Below are positions 52,002-60,157 of a DNA stretch of 64,000 nucleotides, one piece after another. The translations under genes and the position numbers were made by a program. The stretch is taken from the NCBI GenBank assembly GCA_958296005.1, contig CATQHQ010000001.1, forward strand, positions 200,134-264,133, written 5' to 3'. The notes beneath the pieces were generated by a model, which was not told where the DNA came from, did no database searches, and worked only from the letters and a program-made list of their open reading frames with translations. Source of the stretch: Longimicrobiales bacterium (GTDB lineage: Bacteria > Gemmatimonadota > Gemmatimonadetes > Longimicrobiales > Gaopeijiaceae). Each line of letters starts with the position of its first letter. Within the stretch, counting starts at the first letter, position 1.

Positions 52002-52823
52002 TTATCGGGTGAGGGCGTAGATCACGTAGTTGACACCGACCTTGTAGGCCTCGTTGGAGAGGTCGATGGGGTAGTAGCCCATGTCCGAGTACTCCCAGTA
52101 GTCGCCGATGTCGTTGTTGAGGTTGGCGACCACCTGCAGCCGCTTCGACGGATCGTCGTCCTCGCGAATGCCGAGAAAGTAGGGCTTGTACTGGCGGAAG
52201 GTGGGCGGCGAAAAGTCCAGCGTCTCGATCTTGAAGAACGTGTTGAAGATCGGGTCTTCGAGGGTGAGCTGGCGGAAGCGCTGGCCGGGAAGAATGTAGT
52301 TGAAGATGCCCTGGACGTTCCGCCACTCCCACTCCCCGCGGAAGTCGTCCAAGATCAGAAAGCCGCCCTTCTGCAGGTAGGCCGAAAGGTTGTCGAGTTC
52401 GGCCTGGGTAGGCGACCACACACCGGGCTCCGACACGTACGCGACGGGATAGCGGTGCAGCTCCGGGCTTTCGGCGTCGACGACGTTGGTGCCGTCGTTG
52501 GGGTTGGACAGAGTCACCTCGTCGAGGATCTTGACGAAGTTCCGGTCGGCGTGGGGAAAATCGTGGGCCCACGGTGGCTGCCGACCGCGGAACCCGCGCC
52601 CGAAGCCCCCGCGCCCGCCCATCGAGAAACGCACCCTGACGAAGGTGTAGCGGGCGTCGTAAGGGACGTTGCCGAACTCTTGGTACGACGGGGACGGGGA
52701 GCGCGCGGCGACGCTTCCGGCGTTGGCGACGCCCACGGCTAGCGCAGCGCCGGCGACTCCGGCCAGCGCAACGATCGACAGTCGCGGCCGCACGCGCCGG
52801 AGTCCCCGCCAGGACGGAGTCAC
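52002..52823 (-). CDS. DUF4159 domain protein (copy 1)
   Basis: Signal/anchor 'LSIVALAGVAGAALAV'. 'YLQKGGFLILDDFRGEWEWRNV', 'LEDPIFNTFF', 'GVNYVIYALTR'. GTG 52823 overlaps the upstream TGA (GTGA). Paralogous to 63520..64000. Confidence 0.85.
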   Translation of the reverse strand: MTPSWRGLRRVRPRLSIVALAGVAGAALAVGVANAGSVAARSPSPSYQEFGNVPYDARYTFVRVRFSMGGRGGFGRGFRGRQPPWAHDFPHADRNFVKILDEVTLSNPNDGTNVVDAESPELHRYPVAYVSEPGVWSPTQAELDNLSAYLQKGGFLILDDFRGEWEWRNVQGIFNYILPGQRFRQLTLEDPIFNTFFKIETLDFSPPTFRQYKPYFLGIREDDDPSKRLQVVANLNNDIGDYWEYSDMGYYPIDLSNEAYKVGVNYVIYALTR

Positions 52824-55519
52824 CGTTCGTCTCCCTCGCGTCGGATCTCCAGGAGCAGCTCCAAGGCGTCCTCGTAGTTGGGGGCGATCTCCAGGGCCGC
52901 GAGCACCTCCCGCCTGGCGGCCGCGCGGTCGTCGCCCCTGTAGAGTACACGGGCGAGGCGGAAGTGTGCCGCCGCCCGGTCCACCGGGTCCAGGGCCAGG
53001 ATCGACCGTCTGGCCATCGGCGCGCCCTCCCAGTCGCCGAGCTCCTCCAAGGTGTCCGCCAACCGCTGGTGATCCGCAATCTCGTAGGGATGGACGAAGG
53101 GCACGCCGCGAAGGGCGTCCGAGGCCCCGGCCAACTCTCCGGCGTCGGCAAGCACTCGGGCCAGGGCGGTTCGGCCTTCGTAGTGACTCTCGTTTAGGCG
53201 CAGAAGCTCCCGGTAGTGGTTGGCGGCGGCCTCCCGGTCGTCCTCCGCTTCGCGGATCCGTCCGAGGTACCAGTGGGGACCGTCGGGGCCGCCGTACTCT
53301 GGGAAGAGCCGCAACGCCGCATCGAAGTGTCGGGCGGCGGTCTGGAGCTGGTCGTCGTCGAAGAGGGCGCGGGCGAGGGCCATTCGGGACTCGAAGCGGC
53401 CCGGGTCTCGGGCGACTGCCGCCCGCGCGCCGGCCAAGTCCCGGGGCGGGTCCCCCGGCGGGTGCGCCCCCACCGACGCGACCGCCGTCGCGAACCGGTC
53501 CGCCAAGTGTTCCTCGAACTCCTCGTCGAACTCCTCCAGGCGCACTCCCAGCGCCCGTTCGAACGCCTCCTCGTTGCTCGCGCCGTCGCGGTAGGCCAGG
53601 AGCATCTCGAGGATCGCCGGGAAGCCGTGGCGCTCTTCGATCATATCGAACACCAGCGAGGCTTGGAGGTAGCTGTTGGCCACTTCGCCCGGATGACGCG
53701 GGTTGGAGAAGCCCCGGTCCAGCTCGCTCACGGGACGGAGGCCGCCCGACGCCAGGGCACGGATGAAGCCGACGCCGGGGTGGCGTCCCCAGGTGGGATC
53801 TCCCTTCCGTTGCTCGTGGACCGCCAGCCCTTCGGAGAACCAGCGCGGCACTTCGCTGTCCGACGCGCCGATGTGGAACGAGTGGGCGATCTCGTGCCAC
53901 AGGGTGGACGCCCAGTTGAAGCTCCCCTGCTCGCGGGCGGAGGGCGAGTCAATGGCCAAGGCGGGCCCGAAGCTGACTCCGAGCGCGCCGATGCCCACCA
54001 AGCCGACGGTCCGCACCGAGAAGTCGGCGTGGCGGGGGTAGACCTCCACCCGGATCGGCTCGGAGGGCGCGTAGCCGTACCGTTGGGACATCTGGCGATG
54101 GGCTCTCTCGGCGACGGGCGCCATGTACGGCGCCAGCAGGTCGGCCTCCGACTCGTGTAGGACGAGGCGGAAGTGCTCGGTCTCCACGACCCGGTACTCG
54201 GCGAAGGTGTCGAGGAGGTCCAGCGTGTTCTTGAACCAGAGGTTGAAGGGGTCGCCGGCGAAGGCGCGCTCCAGATGCGTCCGAGCTTCCTCCACCCGAC
54301 CCAGGCGGAGTTGGTTGAGCCCGGCGAGGCCCCAGCCGGTCCAGCTGTTGGGGTCGGCGCCGGCTGCCGAGAGGGCGAAGTCGAGGGCGTCGGGGTACTT
54401 GCGGTGGTCGGCGGCCAACTCCGCCAGGACGACGTAGGGCCGGGTCGGCGCCGGGGTCAGCTGGCGGACGCGCTCCATCGTGGCCCGAAAGGCCATTGCG
54501 TCGCCCGCCAAGTGGTGGATCGCGGCTTCGGCGCCCAGGGCCTCGAGCGCCGCGCCGTTTGTTTCCAGGGCGCGCTCGACCTCGGCCAGAGCGGCCTCCC
54601 GGTCGCCGCTGAGCAGGAAGAGGCGGGCGCGGAGAACGCGGGCGCCGACGAGGTTGGGGTTGGCGGCGAGAGCCGTGTCCAGCGACGCCGACGGGTTGCC
54701 CCCACCCTCCAGCCGCGCCACGCGGGCCAAGCCGAAGTGCGCCTCGGCGTGGTTCGGGTTTTCGGCGACGACGGCGCGGAACGCCTCCGCCGCCTGGGCC
54801 GCGTCGTAGCGCTCCAGGAAGAGCTCCCCGACGGCGAGCCGGGCGGAGTGGTCCAGCGGGCCGGCGGCCTGCGCCTCGTCGAGGGCGCGGAGGGCGTCGT
54901 GCGCGTACTCGTAGTTCCAGCGTGACAGACGAGAGAGGGCGCGCCCGACGGCGACGAGCTCTCCGGCGGACAGCCGGGCGTTGGCGCCGCCCGCGCTGTT
55001 GTAGTCGTCGATGAAGCCGTCGAAGAGGGCGCGGGCGGCTTCTCGGTCGCCGTACCGGTACTCCAGGACGCCGAGCTCGACCCGGGCCAGCGCGCCGGCA
55101 GGACCGGGGGCCTCGGCGGCAGCCCCCAGCGCCGCGCGCGCCGCGCCGACGCGGCCGGTCCGCAGCAGCGCCGCGCCGAGGTGGGCCTGCGCACCGGGGA
55201 CGCCCCGTTCGACGGCGGTCCGAGCCGCGGTCGCCGCGTCGTCGTAAGCGCCGGTCTCGACCAGCGCGGTGATCCAGCCGGAGAGCGCGAGGGGATCGCC
55301 GTCGAGAGCAGCGGGGCGGAGGACGCGGATCGCATCGTCGTAGCGGCCGGCGACGAGGGCGTCGTGTCCTCTCGACCGTGCCTGCGGGACCTGACGGGCC
55401 GAAGCAAGCTGCACCAGACAAGACATTGTCATCACGACAACCGCAACAGCAGATTGCCGCCTACTGCCACCGCAAGGCAAACTAGACGACCGGAGACAAC
55501 TGGCAAGTCGCCTATACAT
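52820..55519 (-). CDS. secreted TPR-repeat protein with MA-clan (Peptidase_MA_2-like) HExxH domain
   Basis: Many TPR-like helices. 'LWHEIAHSFHIGASDSEVPRWFSEGLAVHEQ' (HExxH plus Glu). ATG 55519 gives a signal peptide ('RRQSAVAVVVMTMSCLVQLASA'); alternative ATG at 55432. The first ~40 codons have atypically low third-position G+C. Confidence 0.85.
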   Translation of the reverse strand: MYRRLASCLRSSSLPCGGSRRQSAVAVVVMTMSCLVQLASARQVPQARSRGHDALVAGRYDDAIRVLRPAALDGDPLALSGWITALVETGAYDDAATAARTAVERGVPGAQAHLGAALLRTGRVGAARAALGAAAEAPGPAGALARVELGVLEYRYGDREAARALFDGFIDDYNSAGGANARLSAGELVAVGRALSRLSRWNYEYAHDALRALDEAQAAGPLDHSARLAVGELFLERYDAAQAAEAFRAVVAENPNHAEAHFGLARVARLEGGGNPSASLDTALAANPNLVGARVLRARLFLLSGDREAALAEVERALETNGAALEALGAEAAIHHLAGDAMAFRATMERVRQLTPAPTRPYVVLAELAADHRKYPDALDFALSAAGADPNSWTGWGLAGLNQLRLGRVEEARTHLERAFAGDPFNLWFKNTLDLLDTFAEYRVVETEHFRLVLHESEADLLAPYMAPVAERAHRQMSQRYGYAPSEPIRVEVYPRHADFSVRTVGLVGIGALGVSFGPALAIDSPSAREQGSFNWASTLWHEIAHSFHIGASDSEVPRWFSEGLAVHEQRKGDPTWGRHPGVGFIRALASGGLRPVSELDRGFSNPRHPGEVANSYLQASLVFDMIEERHGFPAILEMLLAYRDGASNEEAFERALGVRLEEFDEEFEEHLADRFATAVASVGAHPPGDPPRDLAGARAAVARDPGRFESRMALARALFDDDQLQTAARHFDAALRLFPEYGGPDGPHWYLGRIREAEDDREAAANHYRELLRLNESHYEGRTALARVLADAGELAGASDALRGVPFVHPYEIADHQRLADTLEELGDWEGAPMARRSILALDPVDRAAAHFRLARVLYRGDDRAAARREVLAALEIAPNYEDALELLLEIRREGDER
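55499..55507. repeat. left copy of 9-bp direct repeat ACTGGCAAG flanking the islet
   Basis: Identical 9-mer at 58217-58225. Both copies are followed within ~35 nt by TCGC..TAT, CATCAG and CTATCC strings. Chance occurrence is not excluded. Confidence 0.3.
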
Positions 55520-55982
55520 CAGCTATCCGCCAGACATTATGGCGTCGCTGCTTGGAAAACACAAGTTCCTTGAAGAAGACTGCTTCTTCTGATCTCACGT
55601 ATCTCCAAGACTGCGGTACAGCAAACCTCGTGAGGGACGATCTCAAGTGATCAAGCTCAATGGGCGCCATTCTCCACAGGCCAATAATCTCCAAAGCATA
55701 TGCCACGCTGCTACCGGCAAAATAACTATCATACTCGTCTCTACCGACGCCGGCAACGTTAGATATTCGTCGCCAAACTAATTCTGGTGATTCGCTCCAG
55801 ACACGCCCAATTCGAAACCCACCCCAGATCTCCCTGACAGGAGTCGACACATAGATCACCACTCGACGATTGGGGACAAACTCCGTGCTGATCCGTCTGC
55901 GAAACTCTACCTTCTTCCGGCCTCCAAACACCAGTTTCGCATATCTCGGCTTGAGCGAAATAAGTACCAGTTTCGTGCTCAC
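55512..55982 (-). CDS. stand-alone ASCH-domain (PUA-like fold, COG4933-type) protein
   Basis: 'LISLKPRYAKLVFGGRKKVEFRRR', 'VVIYVSTPVREIWGGFRIGRVW', 'YALEIIGLWRMAPIEL', 'AVPQSWRYV'. The GTG start overlaps the upstream stop (GTGA). A GGAG motif lies 6 nt upstream. Low G+C. Confidence 0.85.
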   Translation of the reverse strand: MSTKLVLISLKPRYAKLVFGGRKKVEFRRRISTEFVPNRRVVIYVSTPVREIWGGFRIGRVWSESPELVWRRISNVAGVGRDEYDSYFAGSSVAYALEIIGLWRMAPIELDHLRSSLTRFAVPQSWRYVRSEEAVFFKELVFSKQRRHNVWRIADV

Positions 55983-58015
55983 CGTAGACTCCGTCTGTAT
56001 ATCTCCGCAAATTCATTTGCGGTGAGCATGAGGGGTGACTGCAGGGACAACGTTCCGCGTCCGTTTTCCAGTATCTCCCTGAGTATCGCCAGTGATACCG
56101 GCTTGCGAAACGGAAATGTATGGGAGAAAAGCAATGTCATCAACTCCGTCGATACATCCCTCCGGCACATATCGAAGATGTCTTTCCAATCCAGTACACC
56201 AAGTCGCTTGAATTTCTTGAACAGCACCTTGGGCTTGTCACATACAACATCATCAAGTCGAGACACAGCAACGACTTCGCGCTGGTTTCCGCTCACGTAC
56301 CAGAGTATCCGTGCCGGTGCCTTGAGTTTCCTATGGTGCGTCTTGCGTCGATAGTATACGTTCTTCCATCGCAACAACACATCGACCCTGCCCCCAAACA
56401 TGTCCCTAGCTGATCCAGAATTGTCAACAAGGCTGATGGCATAGCCTGGTTTTATCGGTACAAGAACGAAACGTTGATCAGCATCCGTCACACTTAAAGG
56501 AGAACATACCTTCTCTAAATCGGTGCACGCCTTGCTGTTGTACAGGCCTTGAACTGATGGGGCCAACTTTCGAATCCTAGAAAGCACATCAAGACGACTC
56601 CACGTCCCAGAGAAGACAAATCGCACATATGCGTTTTCATGTCTCACGAATCCCATATCGTTGAGATATGGAAACACTGGGGGCGGTACAAAACTGTCTT
56701 CCACCTGAATCATGCATTCGTCATGGTGTCTTGCCGCTCTAGTAATCGTGTCAGCCAGCAAGTATCGACCGAACAGAGCATGGTCTTCGCCACGCGCAAT
56801 TCTGGCCAGCATTATGTTGATCTTGCTACTACTCTCGGTGACCACACGCAACGCCATGACTTCGCCACCGAACCAAAGCTGCTCTACGCGATACTGATGT
56901 GGGCACGCGCAGTGTTCGTTAAGCTTCTGGCGTAGGATTCCTTTCTTCTCGGTCTGGCCGGCTTGGCCAAGAAATCTGTCAAATGGAAACGCTTGTAGGT
57001 TGTCTGACGACATTCTCCGCCACTCAAGGCCCTGTTCTCCCGCAATTCGTGATGGTACATATAGCTGGCGGTCCGATAGTTCATGCAAACTAACAATCAA
57101 TTCCGATGGATAAACAACAGAAATGCCTGTGCATTCGAGGATGTCCCTCTGTCTCTTGAGTATACCCTCGTCTTCGGTGACGAATACTTTGATTCCGTCA
57201 GATGCAGCCGTGATCGCGAGGTGGTTGATGTCGGACATGTCGGCGTCTGACTCGCTGGGTAAGATCTGTTTTAGCTTGTCGACAAATTGATCTTTGACCT
57301 CAGGGTCGTGCTCTACTCTTGGGTATTGATGTGCAAGTTGTTGCGAACGATTGCGTTTCTCATCATCGTCGCTCCTATTGATCTCGTGGAAGAGCTCGTC
57401 CGTTATGTAATAATTAACGGAATCGACGAGATGGTCAGCCAACAGGGCCTTGGATGGCCGAGCTCTGTCACTGTCAGGTTCACCCGTGTAAAATATGATC
57501 TGAGCGTCCAGTACGGCGTCGACTCTGTCATCTGACTTGTCTGCTTGGAATAGGCTAAGTTGCTCGTCCTTTGCTAGGTTACGAACCCACAACGTTAGAA
57601 GATAGCCTTCCTTTGACCGTCCGCGCTTTTCGCCTTCCGGCACAAAAGCCAGCTTGCGCCACATGTTGTTGGCCTCATAGTCGCGTCGGCAACTAAGTTT
57701 GATGTATTTGTGACCGGTATCGCCGACCGATACCAGTCGGTCTACTAGCTTTCTTGCAAGTCCTTGACCTCGAGACGTACTAGAAACGCATAGATGCCAG
57801 ATTCGGAAATACGTTGAATGATCGGCGTACAACAGATAGGCCAGCAAGGTCCCGGAATCGTCTTGGATTCCCATTACGGTACCACGTTCAAGGTATTCGT
57901 GCAGTGCTTTCCCCGGCAAGAAGCCTAAGGTCTGACCGTTTTCCTTCATCAGCTTATCAACTGCAACGTAGTGGGCTGGCGTGAGGGTTACCGGGGAATC
58001 GTTGATCATCGTCAT
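55979..58015 (-). CDS. multidomain protein: GNAT acetyltransferase + PIN-like nuclease + degenerate GNAT-like region + C-terminal ASCH/PUA-like domain
   Basis: GNAT motif A: 'FRIWHLCVSSTSRGQGLARKLVDRLV'. PIN acidic residues: 'VDAVLDAQIIF', 'ITDELFHEI', 'DINHLAITAASDGIKVFVTEDEGIL'. ASCH-like: 'FVLVPIKPGYAISLVD', 'ILWYVSGNQREVVAVSRLDDVV', 'SLQSPLML'. AGGAG lies 9 nt upstream of ATG 58015. ~47-48% G+C. Confidence 0.8.
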   Translation of the reverse strand: MTMINDSPVTLTPAHYVAVDKLMKENGQTLGFLPGKALHEYLERGTVMGIQDDSGTLLAYLLYADHSTYFRIWHLCVSSTSRGQGLARKLVDRLVSVGDTGHKYIKLSCRRDYEANNMWRKLAFVPEGEKRGRSKEGYLLTLWVRNLAKDEQLSLFQADKSDDRVDAVLDAQIIFYTGEPDSDRARPSKALLADHLVDSVNYYITDELFHEINRSDDDEKRNRSQQLAHQYPRVEHDPEVKDQFVDKLKQILPSESDADMSDINHLAITAASDGIKVFVTEDEGILKRQRDILECTGISVVYPSELIVSLHELSDRQLYVPSRIAGEQGLEWRRMSSDNLQAFPFDRFLGQAGQTEKKGILRQKLNEHCACPHQYRVEQLWFGGEVMALRVVTESSSKINIMLARIARGEDHALFGRYLLADTITRAARHHDECMIQVEDSFVPPPVFPYLNDMGFVRHENAYVRFVFSGTWSRLDVLSRIRKLAPSVQGLYNSKACTDLEKVCSPLSVTDADQRFVLVPIKPGYAISLVDNSGSARDMFGGRVDVLLRWKNVYYRRKTHHRKLKAPARILWYVSGNQREVVAVSRLDDVVCDKPKVLFKKFKRLGVLDWKDIFDMCRRDVSTELMTLLFSHTFPFRKPVSLAILREILENGRGTLSLQSPLMLTANEFAEIYRRSLR

Positions 58016-58063
58016 GTTGGGTGGCTCCTGTTGTGTGATAGTGGCCGTCAGTGTCTAGCCAAG

Positions 58064-58090
58064 GGCGGGCTGGAGGCTACACCGCCCGCC
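58064..58090 (-). terminator. GC-rich hairpin between the channel gene and the islet operon
   Basis: GGCGGGC (58064-70) / 13-nt loop / GCCCGCC (58084-90). On the minus strand it is followed by TTGGCT-16 nt-TATCAC (promoter-like) and the AGGAG ribosome-binding site of the 678-aa gene. Confidence 0.3.
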
Positions 58091-58216
58091 GGCATAAATG
58101 GGAAGATATGCTGCTCGACTTGCTGGGTCAACGTATCGGTTGTCCGGGCTCGAGGCGAAAGGCAGGCCAAGACAGGTCTCGCCAACTACGGTCGTCAAGC
58201 TGGTCATCTGGGGGCC

Positions 58217-58225
58217 ACTGGCAAG
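58217..58225. repeat. right copy of 9-bp direct repeat ACTGGCAAG flanking the islet
   Basis: See 55499-55507. Lies 28 nt downstream (minus-strand sense) of the channel gene stop. Confidence 0.3.
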
Positions 58226-58252
58226 AACCCCCGCAGGTTGGTCGCTATCCCA

Positions 58253-58966
58253 TCAGTCCGGTTCGTCTTCGATCCATGCCGAGATCAGCCCGGCAAGGGA
58301 GCCGATCAAGCCCAGGGACAGCGTGACCAGCCAGATCGCGACGAGCCGCCCGGCGGTGGTGACCGTATAGTGGTCGCCGAAGCCCGCCGCCTCGGCGCCG
58401 ATCAGCGTCGAGATCGTCCACAGGAACGCGGCTTCGGCAGTGTCGATGTTGGCGCCTTCGTGGGAGCTCTCCACGCCGAGGACAAGGAAGCTGCCCGCCA
58501 CGACCGACACGACGATCAAGGCGAAGACCGTGGCGGCGACGGCCTTGGTGCGCCCGACGTCCAAGAGGGTGACCAAGCCTCGGACACTTCGGGTGGTGGA
58601 GCGCATGACGCGCACCATCATGATCAGGCGCAGCCCTCGCAGGGCCCGAAGCACCTCCACATCGGGGACCGACGCGATCACGTCCGCCCAACCCCACTTC
58701 CACCAGCGGAGACGGTTCGGCGCCGTCCACAGGTCCCACGCCGCCTTGGTGATGAACAGGCTGCACACCAACCGGTCCGCGATGACCGCCAAGGCGTCGA
58801 ACTCGGTGTCCAGGTCCAAGCCTTGACGGAGGCCGAACAAGATCACTGACCCCAGCGCGAGCAGGGCGTACAGCATCTCGAGGATGACTTTGGCGGCGGA
58901 GGGTGGAGGCGGAGCCGCTGCGCCGGGCTGGACCTCTGGGCGGGAGGCCTCGTCGGACGTGCTCAT
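58253..58966 (-). CDS. 6-TM voltage-gated-type ion transport protein (K+ channel-like pore)
   Basis: S4-like arginine ladder 'LRALRGLRLIMMVRVMR'. Pore region 'FLWTISTLIGAEAAGFGDHY' (GFGD, non-canonical spacing). Six hydrophobic segments and no cytoplasmic domain. Its ATG overlaps the upstream TGA (ATGA). Confidence 0.8.
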   Translation of the reverse strand: MSTSDEASRPEVQPGAAAPPPPSAAKVILEMLYALLALGSVILFGLRQGLDLDTEFDALAVIADRLVCSLFITKAAWDLWTAPNRLRWWKWGWADVIASVPDVEVLRALRGLRLIMMVRVMRSTTRSVRGLVTLLDVGRTKAVAATVFALIVVSVVAGSFLVLGVESSHEGANIDTAEAAFLWTISTLIGAEAAGFGDHYTVTTAGRLVAIWLVTLSLGLIGSLAGLISAWIEDEPD

Positions 58967-60144
58967 CGAACGCCGGCCCACGTGAGGAAGTCGGCCACCG
59001 ACACGATGGGCTTGCCGTAGCGACGGGCCGCCAGCGCCTTGCTCGATCCGCTCGCTACGTTGGCGGCCACCAGCGCGTCGCACCCCGTCTTCGTGACGCT
59101 GGCCACGGGCGCAAGACCGGCCTGCCGCGCCAGCGCCTCCAACTCGCCGCGCGTCCACATCTTGCCGTCCACGAAGGCGGTGCCGGTAAAGCAGACTCGG
59201 CCGCCTGGCACCAGCGCCTCCACGCCGGCAACGGGCGTCGGGGCGGGGACCTCCACGTCCGCAAGCTCCAGCTGGTCGGCGATGCGCGCGATGATATCGT
59301 GCTCCGCCGGGCTCACCACGCCGTCGCGCTTGGCGGCGGCCACGATGCAGTCGAAGTACTCCCGGTGCGCCTTCCGCCTGTCCCCGTCGGATATTCCCCA
59401 TTCCCGGGCAAGCCGCTCGATCTCGGTGCGCTCCGTCTGGTCGATCACGCCGTCGTCCAGCACCCAATCCAGCGCGTCCAGGTAGGCGCAGACGAACTCG
59501 TCGCTGTGGGGGTAGTGGGAACGCGCCACGACCCTGTGCATCGGGCTCATATCTGCGTCGACCAAGCCCCGGCGCACGGTTCGCTGGCTGGGTTTCCGCG
59601 CCACGTAGCCAACTCGAACCGGCTCGGCACCCAGGTCCGCTCCTTCGCTCCACAGGCACCGGGCAAGATCCGCCGTGGCCCGGGCGTCGGCCAGCGCTCG
59701 GTGGGCGCGGGAGATGGGAATGTCGCGCTCCTTGCACGCGGCTGGAAGCTTCTGGCGGGTCGCCCGGAGCGTGCACAGCCCGTTCCCCATCTCGACTTGG
59801 ACGCCGTTGCGATCGAACTCGCGCCGCAACATCCGGGAGTCGAAGGGGAGGTTGTGGGCGACCAGCACCGCCCCGTTGAGACGCCTCGCCACGTCCGCGA
59901 CCACCTCGCCGAAGACCGGCGCGACCTCCACCATCGACGCGTCGATTCCGTGCACGCCGGTGGCCCCCACGTCCCGCTCGGGGTTGAGGAGGGTGTCGTA
60001 CTCGTCCACGGTCTCCCACGAATCCGGGTCCATGGCGACGATTGCGATCTCCACGATCTTGTCGAGCCTGCCGAAGCCGGTCGTTTCGACGTCGATCACG
60101 ACGGGCGCGGCGGGCAGTTCCTGCATGAAGCGCGTCTGGTGCAT
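58963..60144 (-). CDS. DEDDh (DnaQ-like) 3'-5' exonuclease with a helical middle domain and C-terminal BRCT domain
   Basis: Exo I 'VVIDVETTG', Exo II 'LVAHNLPFDSRML', Exo III 'HRALADARATADL'. BRCT: 'GGRVCFTGTAFVDGKMWTRGELEALARQAGLAPVASVTKTGCDALVAANVASGSSKALAARRYGKPIVSVADFLTW'. Confidence 0.88.
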   Translation of the reverse strand: MHQTRFMQELPAAPVVIDVETTGFGRLDKIVEIAIVAMDPDSWETVDEYDTLLNPERDVGATGVHGIDASMVEVAPVFGEVVADVARRLNGAVLVAHNLPFDSRMLRREFDRNGVQVEMGNGLCTLRATRQKLPAACKERDIPISRAHRALADARATADLARCLWSEGADLGAEPVRVGYVARKPSQRTVRRGLVDADMSPMHRVVARSHYPHSDEFVCAYLDALDWVLDDGVIDQTERTEIERLAREWGISDGDRRKAHREYFDCIVAAAKRDGVVSPAEHDIIARIADQLELADVEVPAPTPVAGVEALVPGGRVCFTGTAFVDGKMWTRGELEALARQAGLAPVASVTKTGCDALVAANVASGSSKALAARRYGKPIVSVADFLTWAGVR

Positions 60145-60157
60145 GTTGGCGTGTTGG

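Larger units (their letters stand above)
55395..58252. other. low-GC genomic islet inserted in the minus-strand Bat/MoxR-type gene array
   Basis: Hand counts: line 56401 = 28/60 and line 57301 = 29/60 G+C, versus 41/60 for line 54901. Low third-position G+C extends into the first ~40 codons of the TPR-peptidase gene. No integrase or transposase is present. Confidence 0.7.
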
